In this document: positions 8,229 through 14,377 of the stretch, piece after piece
Numbering within the stretch: the first letter of the stretch is position 1
Layout: each line of letters opens with the position of its first letter
Source: Candidatus Hydrogenedentota bacterium
GTDB lineage: Bacteria > Hydrogenedentota > Hydrogenedentia > Hydrogenedentales > SLHB01
Assembly: GCA_034408725.1 (NCBI GenBank)
Contig: JAWXCN010000131.1
Span: forward strand, 1-14,377
DNA: 14,377 nucleotides
Direction of reading: 5' to 3'
The notes under the pieces: model-generated
What the model saw: only the letters and a program-made list of their open reading frames with translations
What the model was told of the DNA's origin: nothing
The model's database searches: none
Program-made: the position numbers and the translations under genes

Positions 8229-8269
8229 CGCGCGAAGCGCCTTGGACTGCGGCGTGTCAGCGCCGCTTT
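8229..8269 (+). repeat. Solo REP-like hairpin of the TTGGA(C/G)TGCGG family
   Basis: GCGCGAAGCGCC-TTGGACTGCGGCG-TGTCAG-CGCCGCTTT has the same head and tail as the 2463-2855 elements. Confidence 0.7.
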
Positions 8270-8317
8270 CACTTCATTCACTTTACGAACTATTGTTTCA
8301 TCAAAATAATTTTCGTA

Positions 8318-9751
8318 CTACGCCAAAATCTCATGAACCACATGACCATGAACATCTGTCAAACGCCGGTCTATGCCATTCTGCCGCACCGTCAACCGTT
8401 CATGGTCTATTCCCAACAAATGCAGCACCGTCGCATGCAGATCGTAACAATACGTTTTGCCGTGCTCGGCCTGGTAGCCCCAGTCGTCGCTCTGCCCGTA
8501 GGCAACTCCGGGCTTAACACCCGCGCCCCACAACCACGTCACAAAACTTCCGCCGTTATGATCGCGCCCTAGACTCGCCTGCGCGAAGGGCGTGCGCCCG
8601 AACTCAGTTGTCCAGATCACCAGCGTGTCGCTGTCGAGCCCCCGCGCTTTCAAATCCTGTAACAAAGCTGCAATCGGCTTGTCCACACTCGCAGCCATCG
8701 GCGGCAGTTCTTTCTGTATGTTCGCGTGGTTGTCCCAATTGTTGACCGCGCCTTGCGGACCGCTCCACACCTGCACAAAGCGCACCCCGCGCTCGACAAG
8801 CCGCAACGCCAACAAACATCGGCGGCCGAAATCCTCCGTCACCGCATTGTCCATGCCATACGCGTTACGGATGTATTCGGGTTCACGCATGACGTCGAAT
8901 GCTTCCGGCGCGGACAATTGCATCTTTGCGGCAAGCTCATAACTGGAAATGCGCGCGTCCAGCCGTGAATCGCCGGGGTGTTGCGCGGCATGGTCACGAT
9001 TAATTTTGTCGAGCAGTGCAAGCCCCTGTGAATCCGCTGATGCGTCCGCGAATGCGTATCGGTCATCTGGGAACAAATCGGGTACAGGTTGCGGCGACGC
9101 GGCATTGATCACCGTGCCTTGATGCACCGCGGGCAGAAAACCCGAGGAAAAACACCCGCGCTGATTGTACGGCAGACCCGCCGCGTCGGGCAGCACAACA
9201 AAACTCGGCAAGTTGTCGACCAAACTGCCGAGCGCATACGAAATCCACGCGCCCATGCACGGAAAACCGGGAAGCAGGAATCCTGAATTCATCATGTACG
9301 TGCCGGGACCGTGGACATTGGTCTTCGACGCCATCGCCATGAGAAACGTCATTTCATCGACAAGCTTGGCCTGCTCGGGAAACATCTCGCTCACCCATCG
9401 CCCGCAATGGCCGTGTTGTTTGAATGCGAACGGACTTTTCATAATCGCGCCCGCCGGCGCGGTAAAACCTTCGGGCTTTTCCGTTGGCCCGAGCATCTGC
9501 CCGTCAAGCCGTTCGAGGTCGGGCTTGTAGTCGAACAGGTCCATCGGACTCGCGCCGCCGGTCATGAACAATTGAACGACGCGATTCACTTTTGCGGGAT
9601 GATGGTTCAGAGAGCTGGCGGATGCGTCGCGCGCGAACAAGTGCGCTAGCGCGAGTCCCGCGAATCCGCCGCCAGTGTTAACAAGAAATTCGCGGCGGCT
9701 CGGAAAAGAATTTTGGATTCTAGATTTTGGATTCTGGACTGAAGTTGGCAT
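8318..9751 (-). CDS. DUF1501 domain-containing protein (Tat-exported, sulfatase/alkaline-phosphatase-like)
   Basis: SRREFL twin-arginine signal; LFMTGGASPMDLFDYKP, HG.CG.WVSEMFP, GAWISYALGS...LPSFVVL, YELAAKMQ, RLVERGVRFVQV, WDNH, DLKARGL..DTLVIWTTEFGRTP, GRDHN and DLHATVLHLLGIDHERLT motifs. Confidence 0.93.
   Translation of the reverse strand: MPTSVQNPKSRIQNSFPSRREFLVNTGGGFAGLALAHLFARDASASSLNHHPAKVNRVVQLFMTGGASPMDLFDYKPDLERLDGQMLGPTEKPEGFTAPAGAIMKSPFAFKQHGHCGRWVSEMFPEQAKLVDEMTFLMAMASKTNVHGPGTYMMNSGFLLPGFPCMGAWISYALGSLVDNLPSFVVLPDAAGLPYNQRGCFSSGFLPAVHQGTVINAASPQPVPDLFPDDRYAFADASADSQGLALLDKINRDHAAQHPGDSRLDARISSYELAAKMQLSAPEAFDVMREPEYIRNAYGMDNAVTEDFGRRCLLALRLVERGVRFVQVWSGPQGAVNNWDNHANIQKELPPMAASVDKPIAALLQDLKARGLDSDTLVIWTTEFGRTPFAQASLGRDHNGGSFVTWLWGAGVKPGVAYGQSDDWGYQAEHGKTYCYDLHATVLHLLGIDHERLTVRQNGIDRRLTDVHGHVVHEILA
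9710..9737. repeat. Heptamer short tandem repeat (4 units) inside the DUF1501 5' end
   Basis: ATTTTGG ATTCTAG ATTTTGG ATTCTGG, encoding QNPKSRIQN on the minus strand. Confidence 0.75.
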
Positions 9752-9758
9752 GGAGTGT

Positions 9759-12700
9759 TTAATCCACGAACAGAAATTCGTTGCTGTTTAAGAGTACACG
9801 GCAGAGTGCGGGAAGACCTTGCGCGTCCGCGAATGCGTTAAACGCGGCGCGCTCGCCATCGGTAGGATCGCGCAACCACACCAACCGCACTGCCCGCGTC
9901 ACCATCCCATCTGCTTGACCCGTTCGCGCCCCCGCTGGGAGGGCGGTCGTCCCCGACCGCTCTAATTCGCTCACGTCGGCCTCTACCCGCCGCGCCAACG
10001 CCTCGCTGTGCGCAAGCACAAATGCGTTGTTATACAAAGTCAATGCCTGCAATGACGACGCGGAGAATCCGCGGGTTGGAGCAAGCAAACCCAAATCCGG
10101 AAAATCCAGCGCTTCCATAAACGGATCGGCAATACCGCGCCACACAAACCGATAGATGCTGCGGCGGCCCGCGCCGGGGCTGTTCCAATCGTAGGCTTTG
10201 TAATCCAGCGCGGGCGTAAGTTGCGGCCCTTTGCTGTGCGTAAAATGCTGCACACTTGGACCGCCAATGGCCAGATCAAGCCTGCCTGAAATGGACAACG
10301 TGAAATCGCGGTACGCGTCTGCATCCAAACGATGCGCGTTTTGTCTCCAGAGAAGCCGATTGCCGGCATCGATCGACGCAGCATCTTCCCGGTGCGCGGA
10401 CGATTGGCGGTATGTTTCGCTGGTGACGATCAAGCGATGAAGTTGTTTCAGAGACCCTTTTGCATCGTCGCGAAACCACACGGTAAGCCAGTCAAGCAGT
10501 TCCGGGTGGGAAGGCTCGCCGCCCATTTCACCGAAATCGCTGGGCGTGTCGCAAATGCCGCGTCCAAAATGATAGTGCCAAACGCGATTCACCACGCTGC
10601 GCCACGTCAACACATTGTCGGGATGCGCAATCCAATCCGCCAATGCCGCGCGCCTCGCTCCTTCACCTTTCTCGTCTAACGCGAATCGTGCGGGCAAATG
10701 CGTCAACGCGGAAAGCGCGCCGGGCCCGACTACCTGCTTTGGCCGCTCGATATCCCCGCGTTCCATTAAATGAACGACCTTTGGTTCTTCCAAAGATTTC
10801 AATTGCGGCGCGGGTTCGCCCACGGGCATTGCAACGCTTTTGGCCGCGGCGTACACATACGATTGCTCGGGAATTGTGGCCAACGCATGTTGCGCGACTG
10901 ACCGCAACGCGTGACCCGCTATCGCCGTGCGTTGCGCTTCCGTGCGATCCGCTTCAGCCACCGCAAGGGCGGACACCACCGTTGCGGGCAGTGCTTCCGC
11001 GCGTCCGCCTTCATCGGCGGTCGCCGTCAGACGGTACGCGCCGATTACGTGCCCACCGCCGTGCTCCTGCTTGATCGTGACGGCCAGTTTCGAGCCGGGT
11101 GCAAGCGAAACTTTTTCCGATAACTCAAATACAGCATGATGCGATTCACCCACGGCGGGGTGGATACCCCATGCCGTATCCGGCTTGCCGTCGATCGCGC
11201 GTTCAATGCCCCAGCCGTCCTGGTTGAAGTCCGCGGTCGCGCGCAAAAACGTCAGCGCGCGCGATTCCGCCGCGCCCGGGTCGAACACGCGCGCCTCGAA
11301 TTCGGACAAATGAAAATTGCCGTTATCGTTGCGGCCGGGTCCTTTCATTGGCAAAGAGTCGAGAGTAATGACATCCAGACGGATTGCCGTAATTTCAGTG
11401 AGTGCGGTCGTCGCGGTGATTGTGTACGTGTCCTTGTCCGGCCGGTTTCCCCCGGAAACGATGACGCCATCCGCGCCGCGCGTTTGCGTTGCGCCTTCGG
11501 CGGAAAGGAAGGTTTCGAGATCGAGCGGGCCCCACGCCGCGCCCGCGCCGCGCAGGGCGGTCCAATCGCGCACCAGTGGTTCATACTCGGCCGCGAGCAG
11601 CACTGTCGCGTCATTCGTGTCCGCGGCAGCAATGATGCCGATCCAGCGTTTTCGTTCCCGCGCCGCCGCCGGTTCGGCGTCGAACGCGACATCGCCTTTC
11701 AAAACACCGGAAAACACTGCCTGAAGCGCATAGTAATCTTCCTGCGAAATCGGGTCGAACTTGTGCGCGTGACAGCGCGCGCAATTCGCGGTCGTGCTCA
11801 CAAACGCCGCCATGGTTTGCGTCACCATGTCGTCGCGATCGAGATAATCAAACGTTACCTCGGCGGTGCTATACGTGCTGAGGTCGAATGTCCCCGCGCC
11901 AAGGAAACCGAGCGCGGGCGTCTGTTGTGTTTCATCCGGATAGAAAACGTCCGTCGCAAGTTGTTCGCGAATGAAGCGCTGCCACGGTGTGTCGCCGTTG
12001 AATGCGGCGATGACATAGTCGCGGTAGCGCCATGCGTTGTCGCGCGCGACATCGTGTTCGTATCCGTGCGAATCGGCAAAGTGAATTGTGTCGAGCCAAT
12101 GCCGCGCCCAGCGTTCGCCATGGCGCGGCGAGGCCAGCAATCTGTCTACGAGATTCTCGTAGGCCAGCGGATTGGTATCCGCGATGAACGCGTCCACTTC
12201 TTCGGGAGCCGGAGGTAGTCCAACAAGATCATAGCTGATGCGACGGATAAGCGTGCGGCGATCGGCTTCTGGAGAAGGCGCGATACCCTGGGCCGAGAGT
12301 GTCGCGTGAACAAATGCATCAATCGCGTTCCCGTCAGCGGCTGGCTTCTCGGGCCGCTCGAGCGGTGTCAATGACCAGTGCGGCGCTTCGTCATTTGTCG
12401 CGCCCGCAAATTCGTTTGGCCAACTGGGCCCGGCATCGATCCACGCGCGCAATAGCCCGATCTCGGCTGAAGTGAGCCGCGTGATATTGCTCGATTCCGG
12501 CGGCATCAACATGTCCGGATCGGCGCCGCTTACATATCGAATCAGGGGACTGTCTTTGGCATTGTGCGGGATGATCGCCGGCTCGCCGCTGTTTCCGCCT
12601 TTGTGGGCTTTTGCGCGATGGTCGAGCCGATAGTTGCTCTTCTGTTTCTCCGGACCGTGACAGCCATAGCAGGATCGCTCGAAAATCGGCCGGATATCCG

Positions 12701-12812
12701 TCGCGAAATCGGGCGCAGCCAACGCCGGAGTCGCGAAAAGAATGCACCACACCCCAGCGCGCGCGAAAGGACGTAACTCGCTTAAACCGGTGGTGTTGGA
12801 GAAGCTTCCCAC
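9759..12812 (-). CDS. Planctomycete cytochrome c / DUF1549 / DUF1553 (PSD1) domain protein
   Basis: Signal peptide, then DF..DIRPIF..CYGCHG (CxxCH 12657-12671), MPP and WIDAG. DUF1549 motifs HWS, IDAFV, RRTLIRR.SYDLVGLPP, GERWARHWLD, WRYRDYVI and CARCHAHKFDPISQEDYY (11769-11783). DUF1553 motifs R.ALADWI, VNRVWHYHFGRG, PSHPELLDWL, SLKQLHRLIVTSETYRQSS, RRSIY, QALTLYN and LLNSNEFLFVD. Confidence 0.95.
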   Translation of the reverse strand: MGSFSNTTGLSELRPFARAGVWCILFATPALAAPDFATDIRPIFERSCYGCHGPEKQKSNYRLDHRAKAHKGGNSGEPAIIPHNAKDSPLIRYVSGADPDMLMPPESSNITRLTSAEIGLLRAWIDAGPSWPNEFAGATNDEAPHWSLTPLERPEKPAADGNAIDAFVHATLSAQGIAPSPEADRRTLIRRISYDLVGLPPAPEEVDAFIADTNPLAYENLVDRLLASPRHGERWARHWLDTIHFADSHGYEHDVARDNAWRYRDYVIAAFNGDTPWQRFIREQLATDVFYPDETQQTPALGFLGAGTFDLSTYSTAEVTFDYLDRDDMVTQTMAAFVSTTANCARCHAHKFDPISQEDYYALQAVFSGVLKGDVAFDAEPAAARERKRWIGIIAAADTNDATVLLAAEYEPLVRDWTALRGAGAAWGPLDLETFLSAEGATQTRGADGVIVSGGNRPDKDTYTITATTALTEITAIRLDVITLDSLPMKGPGRNDNGNFHLSEFEARVFDPGAAESRALTFLRATADFNQDGWGIERAIDGKPDTAWGIHPAVGESHHAVFELSEKVSLAPGSKLAVTIKQEHGGGHVIGAYRLTATADEGGRAEALPATVVSALAVAEADRTEAQRTAIAGHALRSVAQHALATIPEQSYVYAAAKSVAMPVGEPAPQLKSLEEPKVVHLMERGDIERPKQVVGPGALSALTHLPARFALDEKGEGARRAALADWIAHPDNVLTWRSVVNRVWHYHFGRGICDTPSDFGEMGGEPSHPELLDWLTVWFRDDAKGSLKQLHRLIVTSETYRQSSAHREDAASIDAGNRLLWRQNAHRLDADAYRDFTLSISGRLDLAIGGPSVQHFTHSKGPQLTPALDYKAYDWNSPGAGRRSIYRFVWRGIADPFMEALDFPDLGLLAPTRGFSASSLQALTLYNNAFVLAHSEALARRVEADVSELERSGTTALPAGARTGQADGMVTRAVRLVWLRDPTDGERAAFNAFADAQGLPALCRVLLNSNEFLFVD
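9936..9963 (+). repeat. GGAG-tagged REP-like hairpin inside the DUF1553 coding region
   Basis: TGGGAGGGCGGTCG-TCCC-CGACCGCTCT forms a 10-bp stem with one G-T pair and coincides with the atypical peptide ERSGTTALP. Confidence 0.5.
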
Positions 12813-12849
12813 GGTGTTGATCCTCTACTGCATGGCCTTACCATAGTCC

Positions 12850-12878
12850 AGCATACGCGAAAACGGGCCGGATGTCAT
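12850..12878 (-). promoter_or_regulatory. Candidate sigma70 promoter for the DUF1553-DUF1501 pair
   Basis: Minus strand ATGACA (12878-12873), 17-nt spacer, TATGCT (12855-12850); GAGGA RBS before the GTG at 12812. Confidence 0.45.
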
Positions 12879-12990
12879 GCAGTCCGGCGGGGGTAATCGT
12901 AGCGAGACAGAGGACACGGCGATGATTGTGGGCCGACTTCGTTCTCCCAAAAGGGCGTGTCTCGAGTCCTTTTTCAATGAGTAGGAAATT

Positions 12991-13014
12991 ACGAGAACGA
13001 TGACGATAACGAAA
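12991..13014. repeat. Hexamer short tandem repeat (ACGAnn x4)
   Basis: ACGAGA ACGATG ACGATA ACGAAA. Confidence 0.6.
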
Positions 13015-13050
13015 AGTATTGTGCGTGTTGTTGATTGGGTGTGCGGTTCG

Positions 13051-13094
13051 GGGACAGCCACCGGCAACCAAAACGCGTTGCCCGTGACAGTCCC
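13051..13094. repeat. GGGAC...GTCCC imperfect palindrome (REP-like or RNA hairpin) just downstream of the amphi-Trp gene
   Basis: GGGACAGCCACCGGCAAC-CAAAACGC-GTTGCCCGTGACAGTCCC; the 18-nt arms match at 15 positions. Confidence 0.6.
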
Positions 13095-13104
13095 TGCGTC
13101 TCGT

Positions 13105-13338
13105 TTACTCAGGCTTCCACGTCAACTGAAACTCAATTTCCTCACCTGAAGCAGCCCGCTCATGCTCAATATTGATTCTCGCGGTTGATGGTATGGCAAC
13201 GCGCTCGCCGGCAACCTGGATGCGAAAAATCTTTCCCGCCTCGATGCAATCGGCCAGCCGACGCAACTTGGCCACGAATTGTCCGTGAGGATAGTCCTTC
13301 ACAATGTCCCGCTTAACTTTTCGGTTCTTGGCAGCCAT
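13105..13338 (-). CDS. Amphi-Trp domain-containing protein
   Basis: RDIVKDY...FVAKLRRLADCIE.G..FRIQVAGERV.IP..A..NIEHER....EEIEFQLTW: an amphipathic helix plus terminal Trp. The ATG at 13338 is preceded by a purine-rich GGGGGGAAG. Confidence 0.88.
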   Translation of the reverse strand: MAAKNRKVKRDIVKDYPHGQFVAKLRRLADCIEAGKIFRIQVAGERVAIPSTARINIEHERAASGEEIEFQLTWKPE

Positions 13339-13362
13339 TACACTTCCCCCCATTTCGCGCGG

Positions 13363-14121
13363 TTACGGCAACTCGCGAATCCGTAAATTCTTGAATTCAA
13401 TCGGCGAACCCTCGGACTCGAGTGCCAGATACCCCGTGCTCGGATTGGCCCCCGTGCCGCCAGACACTTCCTCTCCGTTCACCCAAAGCCGCACTTCGCC
13501 GTTTACCGCGCGAATATAGTAATGGTTCCATTCTGGCGACCCCTTGGAAAGATTCTTCCTTGGAAAACTGCGCGAACCGTCCGGAGACAACGGTTCCAAC
13601 GGTTTCAGTTCCACCCCGACAGCGAATACATCGCCGTTGGACGTGAACCATTCGGCCTTCTTTCCGCTATCTTTCTCGTACCTTTCAGTGTATCCATGAT
13701 CAAGGATTTGCACCTCGATACCCTTCGGCAACTTCCCCGGGGCAAGATCCGTTACCGATTCTTCCGTGACCCACACAAAGACCCCGGAATTTCCCGCGGA
13801 CTTCATGTGCCGCCATTGCAAGACAAGCTCGAAATTGGTCACCTTGTTCTTCGTGCGCATCACGCCCACCGGCGTGCCGGTGCAGTAGATTACGCCGTCC
13901 TTGAACGACCACGTATCCGGATTGCCGTTTACATTCGTAAAGTCTTCTTCCCCCAACGCGCGCCAACCCGGACCCTCGCCGTCAATGCAAGCCTTGGGCA
14001 ACCCGGCGGTTTCGTCCGCCGCCTCCGCGCCAGGGGTGTAGAGGGTGACCACCCCCAATAGACACAGAATGAAAGTTAGCGTTACAACGAACTGGCATCG
14101 GTTCAATTTAAGTCGAGTCAT
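13363..14121 (-). CDS. Secreted DUF1080 (3-keto-disaccharide hydrolase-like) domain protein
   Basis: ATG at 14121 with GAGG RBS and signal peptide MTRLKLNR...AEA; W...DGVI, NFELVLQW, GNSGVFVW, GIEVQILD, EWNHYYIRAVNG.VRLWVNG and GYLALESEG.PIEFKNLRIREL motifs. Confidence 0.92.
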   Translation of the reverse strand: MTRLKLNRCQFVVTLTFILCLLGVVTLYTPGAEAADETAGLPKACIDGEGPGWRALGEEDFTNVNGNPDTWSFKDGVIYCTGTPVGVMRTKNKVTNFELVLQWRHMKSAGNSGVFVWVTEESVTDLAPGKLPKGIEVQILDHGYTERYEKDSGKKAEWFTSNGDVFAVGVELKPLEPLSPDGSRSFPRKNLSKGSPEWNHYYIRAVNGEVRLWVNGEEVSGGTGANPSTGYLALESEGSPIEFKNLRIRELP

Positions 14122-14163
14122 GTCACTGCCTCTAGTTGTTCTAAGTTTTCGGGTTCGACTGGG

Positions 14164-14192
14164 ATGATGCCGGGAAGGAGGAAACTTGTCAA
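14164..14192 (-). promoter_or_regulatory. Candidate sigma70 promoter for the DUF1080 gene
   Basis: Minus strand TTGACA (14192-14187), 17-nt spacer, CATCAT (14169-14164), 42 nt before the ATG. Confidence 0.5.
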
Positions 14193-14214
14193 TTTTGTAA
14201 GGGGGTTGATATGT

Positions 14215-14257
14215 TTGCATTGAAATATCAATCAATGCGCTTGATATTTCAATGCAA
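14215..14257. promoter_or_regulatory. Perfect 17-bp AT-rich inverted repeat (operator or terminator)
   Basis: TTGCATTGAAATATCAA-TCAATGCGC-TTGATATTTCAATGCAA. Confidence 0.6.
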
Positions 14258-14295
14258 GTAGAAACCCGCCACCGATCTCGGGAATATTCCCGCGC

Positions 14296-14376
14296 TCACA
14301 CGCTTGCGCCTTTCCCGGCGAGCGCTTCGCATTCCGCAATCCGCTTCGACAAGAACTCCTGCTCGGATGTCACCTG
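14296..14376 (-). CDS. 3' end of a gene entering from the right, probably an ECF sigma factor with a TPR-like C-terminal extension
   Basis: The minus strand reads QVTSEQEFLSKRIAECEALAGKGASV*, resembling the E.rFL.rRl.eC terminus of such sigma factors. Only 26 residues are visible. Confidence 0.45.
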   Translation of the reverse strand, partial: QVTSEQEFLSKRIAECEALAGKGASV

Positions 14377-14377
14377 G

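Noticed and set aside
12931..12950. Possible degenerate GGGAG-type REP arm (reverse complement TTGGGAGAACGAAGTCGGCC)
   Set aside because: No convincing hairpin follows the tag.
12825..13067. 80-aa ORF with an apparent transmembrane segment (VIVIVLVI)
   Set aside because: The hydrophobic run is the translation of the ACGAnn hexamer repeat, and the ORF overlaps the promoter candidate.
14122..14235. N-terminal extension of the DUF1080 ORF
   Set aside because: It spans the promoter and inverted repeat; the signal peptide and RBS point to the ATG at 14121.

Overview
GC-rich bacterial chromosomal segment with a Planctomycete-type gene repertoire (DUF1549/DUF1553 plus DUF1501, DUF1080); a Planctomycetota- or Hydrogenedentota-like host is my inference only. 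From left to right: the 3' part of a heme c protein with Ig-like tail domains, a decayed AHSA1/SRPBCC remnant, an SRPBCC gene, a 180-bp-period array of palindromic REP/REPIN-like elements, a DoxX gene, a luciferase-like monooxygenase preceded by a membrane-protein pseudogene, and an uncharacterised Tat-exported protein with four His-capped helical repeats. A co-oriented minus-strand block follows (DUF1080, amphi-Trp, cytochrome c/DUF1549/DUF1553, DUF1501, GH71/99-like hydrolase), then the 3' end of a probable ECF sigma factor. No rRNA, tRNA, CRISPR array or transposase was seen. Several distinct short-repeat families stand out, and two of them lie inside intact coding sequences. All family assignments come from motif recognition by eye, not database searches.
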